A stretch of DNA of 64,000 nucleotides from a virus, in IMG/VR virus record IMGVR_UViG_3300009103_000003, positions 1 through 64,000 of that record; one strand, written 5' to 3'. The notes beneath the pieces were generated by a model. The model saw nothing but the letters and a program-made list of their open reading frames with translations, ran no database searches and was not told the origin of the DNA. This document shows positions 1 through 9,500 of the stretch, piece after piece (position 1 is the first letter of the stretch; the number at the start of each line of letters is the position of its first letter). The position numbers were made by a program, and so were the translations under genes.

Positions 1-120
1 AAACCTGCGTTGGTCCCACCATTATCTAGTAGAACTGGAGCTAAACCTGCGTTGATACCACCAACAACTAGTAGAACTGGTGTTAAGCCCTCATTGGTCC
101 CACCCAAAGGAACCACTACT
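1..120 (+). repeat. Imperfect 42-bp (14-codon) tandem repeat, two full copies plus one degenerate copy
   Basis: 1-42 aaacctgcgttggtcccaccattatctagtagaactggagct; 43-84 aaacctgcgttgataccaccaacaactagtagaactggtgtt; 85+ aagccctcattggtcccaccc. Encodes KPALVPPLSSRTGA / KPALIPPTTSRTGV / KPSLVPP. Confidence 0.85.
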
Positions 121-1338
121 AAGGTCCCTGGGGCTACAAGCCCACCCAAGGTTCCCGGAGCAACCGCTGGCGCACCTGGGATAAAACCCCCTAAGCCCGT
201 TGTTCCGCCTAAACCTATGGGCGGGGGGACACCAAAACCGCCTACACCAACACCACCAAAGGCTACCACCGCACCTAAGATTACCCCACCTAAGGCTGGC
301 ACGGGAACAACTCCCCCGAACGCGACACCACCAAAGGTTACCCCGTCAACAGCGGGCTCACCAAGCGCGGCGAAGCCAATGGCAGTACCCAAACCAGTGC
401 CTGTGGTTCCTGCTGCGGCACCAAAAGTAGCACCACCAAAGACTGATGCTGTGGGGGCTCCCACTGTGACACCTAAGACCCCCACGGTAGTTCCCGGTGG
501 AGGTGGTGTTACTTCTGCGACCGGATTCTCGGGTGGACGGCCCGCTGGCCCGCAAATAGCTCGAATGAAAACACTGGCAAAGGGGCTGAGCGACCAAGCG
601 AAAGGGCTTCGCGTAGATAAGGCACATTTAGGTGCGCACCAGAAAGGGCTTGATAGGGAAGGCGTACGGTCAGCAATGCGCAGTGCCAAAGAAGCGCCCG
701 TAAACCAATCGCCCGCATCCCCAGTGCATTTTTCTCGTTCCAACCTTTCCCCCACGACCCAGAAGGACAGGGATGATTTTGAGGCTCTCCAAAAGAGGGT
801 CAGTGTAGATCAGAAATCTGCGGGCAGTGGCCTCAGGGAGGCCATAGGCAAGGAACACGATAAACACGATAAGGCGCGGCAGCACAAACTTGATGCGAGC
901 TTAGGGAAACTTCCTGGCGCTACCCCGGTTGATGTTACTCCTGGCCAGCAGGATTTATTCAAAGCTATTGCTGGCTCTAGAAGGTCGTATGCTCCGGGCT
1001 CATATGCGGCGAAGAATATGGGCAAGCATAGCACAGGCTATAATCCCGAAGACCCGAACGCTTTCAGAGTTCTACAGGGTATGAACAATATATTCGGTGG
1101 CGAAAAAGGTGGTTTACATAACTACTTAGGAGAGCAAGGTGAGCGAGATCCAAGCAGATACGGAAAGCCGCGAGCCTGGGACGGCAAGAAACTAAGCCCA
1201 GAAGACGTTAGCGGGTTGGTTAAGCTGGTGAGTGAGGGCGACGGCGGGAACAAGACGACACAAGCAATTAAGAAGTTATACCAATCCGGTAATATTGATG
1301 CATTAAAAGGGATGCTCACATTACCCAAGGCTGAGTAG
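1..1338 (+). CDS. Pro/Thr/Lys-rich low-complexity protein, 5' truncated by the window edge; function unknown, possibly virion-associated
   Basis: Frame 1 is open from base 1 (AAA CCT GCG TTG GTC) to TAG at 1336-1338. The N-terminal ~170 aa are PK/PT/PP-rich; the C-terminal ~250 aa have ordinary composition. Confidence 0.8.
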   Translation, partial: KPALVPPLSSRTGAKPALIPPTTSRTGVKPSLVPPKGTTTKVPGATSPPKVPGATAGAPGIKPPKPVVPPKPMGGGTPKPPTPTPPKATTAPKITPPKAGTGTTPPNATPPKVTPSTAGSPSAAKPMAVPKPVPVVPAAAPKVAPPKTDAVGAPTVTPKTPTVVPGGGGVTSATGFSGGRPAGPQIARMKTLAKGLSDQAKGLRVDKAHLGAHQKGLDREGVRSAMRSAKEAPVNQSPASPVHFSRSNLSPTTQKDRDDFEALQKRVSVDQKSAGSGLREAIGKEHDKHDKARQHKLDASLGKLPGATPVDVTPGQQDLFKAIAGSRRSYAPGSYAAKNMGKHSTGYNPEDPNAFRVLQGMNNIFGGEKGGLHNYLGEQGERDPSRYGKPRAWDGKKLSPEDVSGLVKLVSEGDGGNKTTQAIKKLYQSGNIDALKGMLTLPKAE

Positions 1339-1348
1339 AGAGGGAGAT

Positions 1349-2020
1349 ATGGGAGACGTGGAGCAGTACAATTCGGGGCAGATGGCATCAGGCGGGTTTA
1401 CCGATGAAATGATGACGCATCTTGTCAAGCATTGGCAAGACTCTAAGGGTCTTACTGTCGATGGTTACTGTGGGCCTAAAACCCAACAGTCATTATCATT
1501 AAGTATGTTTGGTAATATTCCCGGCGCTAGTAATCTCGGACTTATGGCACTCGAAGTGGCCATAAAGGAGATTGGCAATGGGGAAATTGGTGGTAATAAC
1601 TCTGGTCCGCACATCGCTCGCTATAAAGGAATCCCTGACGACGGTGATCCTGATGATGATGGTGCTTGGTGTGCTAGCTTTATTAGCTATTGTTGCAGTA
1701 GTGCAGCAGATATTCTCGGCATTAAGCTGCCCTTCAAAACTAGTAACGGGGCGAAAGCGTTGTACAAGTACGTCTGCGAAGCGGGCACGAAGGTAGCTTT
1801 ACCGCAACCGGGTGATCTAATATGTTGGGACAGAGGCAAGCCGGGTTCTTGGCAAGGCCATATTGGGATTGTTGAGAGTTACGAATCTGGTGTGGTACAC
1901 ACCATAGAAGGGAATGTTGGAAGATTCCCCTCGCATGTTAAAAGATTATCGCATGATTTAGATAGGGAACCTCGCTTAATGGGGTTCGCTCGTATGTCAA
2001 ATATCAACTTAGGAGGTTAA
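1349..2020 (+). CDS. Endolysin: N-terminal peptidoglycan-binding domain plus CHAP amidase/peptidase
   Basis: VKHWQDSKGLTVDGYCGPKT matches the PG_binding_1 pattern (WQ..GL.VDG..GP.T). AWCASFISYC supplies the catalytic Cys and GHIGIVE...TIEGN the catalytic His of CHAP. SD GGGAG. Confidence 0.9.
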   Translation: MGDVEQYNSGQMASGGFTDEMMTHLVKHWQDSKGLTVDGYCGPKTQQSLSLSMFGNIPGASNLGLMALEVAIKEIGNGEIGGNNSGPHIARYKGIPDDGDPDDDGAWCASFISYCCSSAADILGIKLPFKTSNGAKALYKYVCEAGTKVALPQPGDLICWDRGKPGSWQGHIGIVESYESGVVHTIEGNVGRFPSHVKRLSHDLDREPRLMGFARMSNINLGG

Positions 2021-2021
2021 T

Positions 2022-2207
2022 ATGGCAAGCGTAGAACAGAAGATGGAAGAAATGGTTAAGGTCCTCGTGGACGCGCTGGATGACGCAGGCAAGCATGGCA
2101 AAGGGAATAACGCCGCAGGCGGTCGTGTGCGCAAAGCTCTCCAGAGGATTGCTACTTCTTGTAAAGAGTTGCGCAAGCAGGTCCAAGAAGAGCGCAACGC
2201 TAAATAG
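2022..2207 (+). CDS. Histone H1-like protein Hc1 family, core domain only
   Basis: KGNNAAGGRVRKALQRIATSCKELRK resembles the Hc1 signature KGNKAAxxRxRKxxxxxxKxxKxxRK of Chlamydia and Bacteroidetes. Strong SD AGGAGG. Confidence 0.8.
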   Translation: MASVEQKMEEMVKVLVDALDDAGKHGKGNNAAGGRVRKALQRIATSCKELRKQVQEERNAK

Positions 2208-2218
2208 AGGAGTTAGGC

Positions 2219-3715
2219 ATGGCTGAGATAGATGGCATCGCGGATGCTGGGGCAATTAGTCCGGGCGGATTTTCACCGAGTAACTTTACCGGTACTCTTA
2301 TTGATTCAAGTCTTTTAGCCGGTGTGTTGGAGACCTTGGCGATCCCCGCGAATAGCGGCCTTGGCGCTGCCCTCACCTCTGTCATGGCCACTGAGGGCAT
2401 AAAGATAAATGACAGAAGCCTCCAAACCTTTGCGGCTGATGAGGCTAGTTGGACGACCTTCTTTGAGAATTACAGCAGCGTAGAGCAGTCGTTTGTAACG
2501 CTAATTAATGATGATGTCGAGAGAACCAGTGAGGACTACTTATCAGCTTCAGCGGCGTTAGGTAGTGACCAAGCAGCGATTGTTGGTAGCCATCTTTACG
2601 CCAAGGGCGAGATAACGGCTAATCAATTAGGTTGGGTTTTTCATGGGGTTGTGCCTCGCCTCGAAAAAGAACCCGCTATAGTAGCGCACTTATCGGCAGA
2701 GAATAAGTCTCCGTTAACGCTTGCTCAGATACAAGGCTCCGGTCCCCTAGTCCCGGAAACTTCTGCGGACTACCAACCACCAATGTCCTTATCTGACCAA
2801 GCGTCCTACTACGGGACAACCGTTGCGACGATCTTAGATTTCGCCGCTTCTGCTGCGGCGATGAGGAAGTTATTACCAGGAAACAAGGACTTCAATGTCG
2901 ATTTCATAAAAGCAGAAGCAGATAAGATTGCTAGTAAACACCCTCCACGGCGACCAGCAGACTGGTCAGCAGCCACCAAATCCCAGCTTCAGGCATGTCA
3001 CACCAATGCACCCAAAACACCGGCAGGGATGCGACTTTCTCTCGAAGGTATTCAGCCGGGGAATATCGCTTTTGGGTGGATATATGGCGATGAAAAGCTT
3101 GCCCAAGAAGTGTCCGAGAGAAAACTTACTATTGAGAATATGGAGGCGGGGATCGATAGGACGCTCAACGGGGGTAAGACTGTGACGTTTATTAACGAAA
3201 ATACAGTCGATTCTGTTAATAAAAGATTATTAGAGCTTGGGCTCGATAGTCTTGTCCTACCAACAGACGCAACCACTGGCGATATGCTAACCAAGGCAGG
3301 AATCGCAATTTGTGAAGCTGTCAGGACCGCAAAAGAGCATGACAGAGAGACTCATGATGAATTCTGTTATGACCCAGCCTTCTTGGCTGCGATTGAACGA
3401 CTCAATGAGACCGCTGACGTGGGTTTTGTAATCCCAGATGAGGATGATCCAAAAAGACATCATCATGAAGAGGTTGTTGAAGCCGCCGTTGAGGAAGACG
3501 ACACAAAAGAAGAGCCGCCCGTTGCGGACGCACTCCCCCTAGAAGTTCTTGATGAAATGACCAAGGTTTTATCCGGGACAGTTTCCGATCTTCAGGCGTA
3601 TCTGGATTCGGGCGAGGCGCTACACTTGGAGGCACTGCTTCAAATGGAGGAAGACGGTAAGAACCGTTCAACTGCATTAACAGCGATCAAGGTTGCTATT
3701 GACGAACTCGGGTAG
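2219..3715 (+). CDS. Acidic hypothetical protein with a small C-terminal helical domain (LLQMEEDGKNRSTALTAI)
   Basis: 498-aa ORF with SD GAGGAG. The C-terminal E..GKNR.t.l.ai helical motif is familiar from phage proteins, but I cannot name the family. Confidence 0.8.
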   Translation: MAEIDGIADAGAISPGGFSPSNFTGTLIDSSLLAGVLETLAIPANSGLGAALTSVMATEGIKINDRSLQTFAADEASWTTFFENYSSVEQSFVTLINDDVERTSEDYLSASAALGSDQAAIVGSHLYAKGEITANQLGWVFHGVVPRLEKEPAIVAHLSAENKSPLTLAQIQGSGPLVPETSADYQPPMSLSDQASYYGTTVATILDFAASAAAMRKLLPGNKDFNVDFIKAEADKIASKHPPRRPADWSAATKSQLQACHTNAPKTPAGMRLSLEGIQPGNIAFGWIYGDEKLAQEVSERKLTIENMEAGIDRTLNGGKTVTFINENTVDSVNKRLLELGLDSLVLPTDATTGDMLTKAGIAICEAVRTAKEHDRETHDEFCYDPAFLAAIERLNETADVGFVIPDEDDPKRHHHEEVVEAAVEEDDTKEEPPVADALPLEVLDEMTKVLSGTVSDLQAYLDSGEALHLEALLQMEEDGKNRSTALTAIKVAIDELG

Positions 3716-3724
3716 GAGGACTTT

Positions 3725-3952
3725 ATGGACGCAAAAACATTAATTGCAATGCGCGACGAAATGGAGCGAATCCAAGGCGGGGTTGGGTTATCACCCGATG
3801 ATCGCAAGCTCCAATATATTTCTGACACCTCCTCGGAACCTGTGGCCGAACAACCTATTATTAGTAGTAGTATGTTCGGGGAAAACGGGCCGTCCCTTGC
3901 CAACGCAGCCCAAATTGCCATGACAAGAGTGGCTGGAGAGCACGATGGCTGA
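3725..3952 (+). CDS. Hypothetical protein (75 aa)
   Basis: Strong SD AGGAGG; fills the gap; 8-nt overlap with the next gene. Confidence 0.7.
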   Translation: MDAKTLIAMRDEMERIQGGVGLSPDDRKLQYISDTSSEPVAEQPIISSSMFGENGPSLANAAQIAMTRVAGEHDG

Positions 3953-5750
3953 TCGTAAAGCAATTGTTTTGGTTGAACCGGATGGGTTCATTGGTACCGC
4001 ACAGCGGGTTTCCTCATATATTCCAAGCTGGAACGATACCCCTGAGGATGTTCTCAAAAAAAGAGAGAAAGCGGCTGCAACCCAAACGGATACTAGAGAC
4101 CTTACTCATGTAAGTAGGCCCCTTAATGGCATCTCGGTAAAGCCAAACACTTATGCGTACGTTCAGGTGATTCGTGAAGATGGTACAGCCGTAAAGGTAT
4201 TTAACAGGCTTGGTCAAGGACTCGGTAAAGCTGGTAAACACGGTAACTCTCACGACGGGTTTCAAAGTGGTGGGTATAATAATGATGTTTTAGATACTAA
4301 TTATCAATGGGGCTTAGCAGGACCACCTCCGGATGGCACAGACGAAAAGTATGATGGGCTTGCTGGAGCGGCTCAGTATGAGACGGATAAGCTTGCATGG
4401 GAAGCTAAGGTAAAGGGCAGCGATACTGAAATAGAAGCAGCGATGAAGGCCGGTAAGATTCCTGCCCTCCCCGAAGGCTGGGAAAACAAGGACCCTGATG
4501 GCAACCCAAACTCCACAGCGTGGACAGATTGGATTTTACAGGCAGTCCGTGAGCAACGGGTAGAGAAAACTCAGGTCGTAGAGACCTTTGGAGATACCTA
4601 TCTCTATGCCTTTGGTGAGCGTCCAAGGGCTCTCGAATTCAAGGGCCTTCTTATGAACTCCTTGGATTACAACTGGCGAGCAGTCTTTTGGGAAAACTGG
4701 GATAAGTTCTTTCGAGCAACAAAGCTTATTGAGCAGAACTGCCGAATGTACATTGGCTGGGAAGACATCATTGTAGAAGGCTACCCTCTAAATGCTTCTG
4801 CGGCTGAGACGGCTGATAGCCCGAACGCTATGACCTTTTCGTTCACTTTTTACGTAACGAACTACATTAACACCAGCGCCCAAGGCGGGTTCACAGACGC
4901 CCGAAAAAACAAGATTGCAACCATTCGTGGTGGCCTTGAGAGCTATTGGGCCCAACGTCTTACCGACATCCCTGATAAAAGAAATTATGGACTAAATTGG
5001 TTAGGAACCCACGGTGTAGATACGCTAGGTGGCTTAGCAGAAGACTTTGCAACTTTACCTGCGCTTGGAGGATGGGGGGGCGCAATTGGTCGCTTTGCGG
5101 GTGACACCGTTAGGAGTGCTGGTGACGCTGTTCTTAAAGGCGCTATGGCCTATATGATTGGGGAAAAGACCGGTAATCTGTTCATGAAGAATTACTTGCG
5201 AAGTCTTACGTACAACTCATTAAAGTTTTGGACTGACATAGGCAAGGGCGAGCTTGAGGCGGAATTCAATTTCAAGCGAGGAGAGGTCGATGCTTGGTTT
5301 GGGTTTATGGGAAATATTCTCTCAAGAGTTAAGTGGGGAGAGCCTGACGAACCCACATATAAAGGCAACGCTGCGGGGATAGAAAATCGCAGCAACGTCC
5401 AGTGGATAGGTGATTCTGCTGCTGATTACGGGAACAATGCGTATAATGCCATTAAAAAGGGCGGCATTGACGCTATTATTCAGTCACTAGCCTACGCTGC
5501 TGTTGGCGCTGACGCATTCGCCGTTGATGGTTATGACACTGCTTTTGGCTCTCGCAAAACCAAGGATGGTTACTTTAAAGACGGCGGCGTAGGAAAACCA
5601 AAACCCGCAACAGCGCTGACTGTTACACTTACTGGTGGCGGTAGCTCAATTCTTTCTGGTGGCGGGGGGTTCTTATCCCAGCTTACCTCCGGAGCTACAG
5701 GGACAAATCCAGCCGAAGCTCTGGATTCTTTCGGAAACCCAATACCTTAA
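3945..5750 (+). CDS. Putative tail-tube initiator / baseplate-associated protein with variable insertions
   Basis: Core EQRVEKTQVVETFGDTYLYAFGERPRALEFKGLLMNSLDYNWRAVFWENWDKFFRATKL...IIVEGY...FSFTFYV has the beta-hairpin/tube-fold pattern of myophage tube-initiator proteins. It lies just upstream of the hub-like gene. The ORF is solid; the function is inferred. Confidence 0.55.
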   Translation: MADRKAIVLVEPDGFIGTAQRVSSYIPSWNDTPEDVLKKREKAAATQTDTRDLTHVSRPLNGISVKPNTYAYVQVIREDGTAVKVFNRLGQGLGKAGKHGNSHDGFQSGGYNNDVLDTNYQWGLAGPPPDGTDEKYDGLAGAAQYETDKLAWEAKVKGSDTEIEAAMKAGKIPALPEGWENKDPDGNPNSTAWTDWILQAVREQRVEKTQVVETFGDTYLYAFGERPRALEFKGLLMNSLDYNWRAVFWENWDKFFRATKLIEQNCRMYIGWEDIIVEGYPLNASAAETADSPNAMTFSFTFYVTNYINTSAQGGFTDARKNKIATIRGGLESYWAQRLTDIPDKRNYGLNWLGTHGVDTLGGLAEDFATLPALGGWGGAIGRFAGDTVRSAGDAVLKGAMAYMIGEKTGNLFMKNYLRSLTYNSLKFWTDIGKGELEAEFNFKRGEVDAWFGFMGNILSRVKWGEPDEPTYKGNAAGIENRSNVQWIGDSAADYGNNAYNAIKKGGIDAIIQSLAYAAVGADAFAVDGYDTAFGSRKTKDGYFKDGGVGKPKPATALTVTLTGGGSSILSGGGGFLSQLTSGATGTNPAEALDSFGNPIP

Positions 5751-5770
5751 GAGTCGGGGGACACTTTATT

Positions 5771-6166
5771 ATGAAGATAGACCGAGCCACATCAGCAGTA
5801 ATTGTCGCTTTATTAACCGGAGCCACCGGCTTGGGAACGGCTATTGTAAACAGATACACGCCCAATGTGGCGTCAGTCTCCGAGAGTGAGAAAAAGGGCC
5901 GAAGAAGCTACAAGGCTTTGAAGAAATCCCTAGGCAACATTGCTGAAGATGTGGACGCTAACGCCAAAAGAATGGACCTGTTGGAACACACAATCGCGCT
6001 CCAAAATAGAACGATTCAGTTTTTAATGAGTGATGTTGGCGTTCACCCGCCATCAGTCGTTGTCCCGAAATTGCCCGACGACCCGGAAGGGTTAAGAAAG
6101 AAACGAGTTCCAACTCGCTTGCGTGGCGCTGCCCCCACATATGACACAGCGCAGCAGGCAAGATAA
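5771..6166 (+). CDS. Single-pass membrane protein with coiled coil; candidate i-spanin (Rz-like)
   Basis: N-terminal hydrophobic segment (SAVIVALLTGATGLGTAIV) followed by a heptad region (LKKSLGNIAEDVDANAKRMDLLEHTIALQNRTIQFL). TAATG coupling to a lipoprotein gene. Confidence 0.5.
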   Translation: MKIDRATSAVIVALLTGATGLGTAIVNRYTPNVASVSESEKKGRRSYKALKKSLGNIAEDVDANAKRMDLLEHTIALQNRTIQFLMSDVGVHPPSVVVPKLPDDPEGLRKKRVPTRLRGAAPTYDTAQQAR

Positions 6167-6585
6167 TGAAATATATATTAGTAGCCATAACAGCAGTTAC
6201 AATTTTGGCCTGTATGGGTGGTGCTCATACAGGTAATGATTTAGACACACTAATAGACTCTTTTGATACTAGTGAAACTGATGATAGATCGTGGCATGAG
6301 CGTTACATTGAGGACTCTTGCGCTAGATGTCCCGAGTGCTGCGTAACTTCGTTATGGGATTCCACAGAAGCGGAATTGGACTATGAAGAAAGCGGGTGTG
6401 GCGAGGGTGACGCTGAACACTGTGAGGATTGCCCAGGACCAGATTGTATCTGTGTAGAAGTACACCCCGGCACTTGGGTAGTGAACGCGACTATCGGTGA
6501 CACTGAATACGAAGATTTTGGTAGATATGACGATTCTTCCTGGCCCGACCAGTGGACACCCCCGGACGATGAGGCTCAGGAATAG
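6166..6585 (+). CDS. Cys-rich acidic lipoprotein; candidate o-spanin (Rz1-like)
   Basis: MKYILVAITAVTILA-C is a signal peptide with a lipobox-like ILAC. The mature part is D/E-rich with many Cys. Confidence 0.5.
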   Translation: MKYILVAITAVTILACMGGAHTGNDLDTLIDSFDTSETDDRSWHERYIEDSCARCPECCVTSLWDSTEAELDYEESGCGEGDAEHCEDCPGPDCICVEVHPGTWVVNATIGDTEYEDFGRYDDSSWPDQWTPPDDEAQE

Positions 6586-9500
6586 ATGGAAAAAGTTCAG
6601 GGCAGACAACTTGGGTTACGCCTATTTATGGAGGGTGTCGAATGTGACATCACAGCCGTAAAGGTGTCCTGCGGTGTAAACCAAGCTGCTTCAGCAGTGG
6701 TGACTATTCCAGCCGTGGACGCGGCCCACCAACTTGAACCCAGAACACTGGTCCACATATTCTATTTCGACTCAAGGTGGGAACTTGGCACTGACGTAGC
6801 CAAATCAGGCGGTCAGATATCGCACGGGCATCAGGCACGGCACAGTGACCCCGCTAAAGCGGCTGACGCGAAGAATTCCGGGGTTGCTGCATTACTCACT
6901 GATAAGAATGATTGGCGCAACTGGAAGCTTCTTTTTGCTGGTGAAGTGATGGGGTACAGCTTTCGCAAGATGGGCGGAAGACGCGAAATTATCTTAGCCT
7001 GCCAAGACTTCACTTCATACTGGGACAACTGTCGCCTTTATTGGGGCAGGAAGAAATCCAGTGTGTTTAACTCATACAAGACCGCTATTTTTTCGGGGGC
7101 GACACAACTATATCGCGGGAAGAGCAAGGTAGATAGTTCGAACGATCTGAATAAACTACTACAGAAGAAACCGTCTGCTGCCCCGAGTGTGCCTGGGCTT
7201 CTTGGTGGGATATTTTCTTTACTCGAATCCGCTACCGGAGTCTTTTCCCCGGACGCGAAGAAACAGTTTAGAGGCTGTAACGATTTTCTTAGTCAGGCTG
7301 AGATTCGATTAAAGCTGACTCGACAAATTGGTGCATCAGAGAAGGATGACACTTCTTTGGCGTTCACAAACAGTAAGTCATTCAAGAGGTACCTAAGGAA
7401 GCTTTCCAAGTCGGTTGGTTATACTGCATCGTTCATGCAGTTTACGAATATGTTGATGGGGAAAATCTACCATGTGTGGAACTCCCAAACAGCCCCTGCA
7501 TATATCTCTGATGGAGCCATGATATGGACCGAGGTAGTTGTCCCCGCTAATATTAAGTACAAACATAGCTCTGAGCCAGGGAAGCTCTGGAAGGCTATTA
7601 AAGCGACTTACGATTTAGCAAACAGCCATGCAGCGGACGGACTAGCCAGAAAAACCGGAGAGGGCGCAACAGCCCTTTCTAGGGATGAGCTTCTGTGGGA
7701 CGGGGATAAAGTCGCGGTAGGAAAACACAAAGAGTTTGACGACCTAAACACTAAAACAGGGATCATGTCCCCGAAAGCGGGCGGAACAGACAAGGTAATA
7801 CCTATAGAAAAGGACCCCTTACGACTTAAGGGCGAGGAAATACGTCAGACCTTGATTGAGAAAGCTGCGGGAAATAAATCAGTAATAAGGCAGGCCAACG
7901 CAATCTTTGATGCCTATTCCGCCGCAGCAGAGGCCAGAGGCCGTACCGCTGAAATGAAAGCCAAGCAGACAGGTAAAGGTCGTCCGGGCTACGATGAGAA
8001 GGAATCCAGGACTGCGGAGGGCCTCCAACACACACAGGACGATTACTTCTTTGTTCGCCGGAAGTGCGAGGAGGCATTAAAAGCTCTATCAAGAGCGACT
8101 CGCACACCCACCAAGACAATAAAAACCAAAGTAGAGCTTCGCGATAGGCTGTTTACCACCTATTTTCACCCAGACCTGTTCATGGCCCCGCCACCAAAGT
8201 GTAATGTAATTTTCCCAGACCATGTCCAAACCATCTCGTTTAGTCGTAATTGGATGAGTGAGATCTCTAGACTGTGGTTACACGGAAGAACTGCTAGTGG
8301 CCGCAATAAGAAGGATTGCTATTTCTCACCAAACGCTCAGATGCTAAATGGCCCAGGCTCAAAGGATTGCGAAGATGCCGTCAAGAAGGGCGCATCATTT
8401 GTTATGAACCATGAAAAATACACGGGTATTATTCCGAGTATTGTTGGTTTAGGTGATGGTGATATTTTCAAAAAAATTCACCAGAAAGAGCTAAAACAGG
8501 CCAAGAAAGAATTTAAAGAGGATGAGGCCAATAAGGGCAAGGTCTTTGACTCCGCGTCCGTGTCCGGTGAGGCTAAGTTTTCCCCACAACCACACCTCCA
8601 ACGCGCTGCGAACTACATGTTCTTTGCACAGAGGTACGCGACAAGGACCATGCAACTCACGTTGCGGTACTCCCCACAGATTGTCGCCGGTATGCCCGCG
8701 CTGGTCCTTGACCCAATCCGAACCAAGAGCCGTATTTTGGCTTATTCGGGTGAGGGCTCAACAAGGTACCCGGATAATAAGGATAAACGGATGTATGAGG
8801 GGCAGGTTGATCTTGCGGGAACACCGCCTGGGACCCACTATCTTGGGGTTGTTGCTGAGATTGTACATATTATTGATGTTTCTGGTGGTGCACAAACTGT
8901 AGTTACTCTGGCCAAATGTCGGGAGCATAATGAGGGTGCGGACATTTTCAAGAAGCCTAACGCTGATGGGACAGTGACTGTCCAAAGGACCCAAAGAACC
9001 ACTTCATGGAGAAAGGTCCCACCTCCCAAGGGGCAAGATACGGATATCGCAAACATCTCAAAAGAGGGCGGCTCCGGTGGGGGAACCGTAACAGCTACCA
9101 GCCCGGATGATGCAGAGGCTATTCTAGGTAAGCGATGGAGCAAAGGGACTCGGTACAGGATTAAACCCCGTAAAGATGGCGAGGGTGAGTACAAGAGGGC
9201 TATCCTCCCCCTTGATGGTGAACAGTTGGATTCCTCTGGGTACTGCGACCAGGATGGCTTTTATTATGACGGAGCGGGCAACCAGATTGGGTCAGCAGAA
9301 GGCGTACAAGTTGATGTTGAAAGACTTGTAGTAGGGAGAACCAAACCAAAGGATGTGACGTTTACGTGGGAAGCCACGGTGATGCCCCCTTGGTTTTCTT
9401 CGATATACACCCCCGCAAAGATCGGTCGCGAATTCTATCAGCCCATGTATGGCTGTAGCTCGATCCTTGATGATCCACCTTTTCGGGCAGTTAATAAGGA

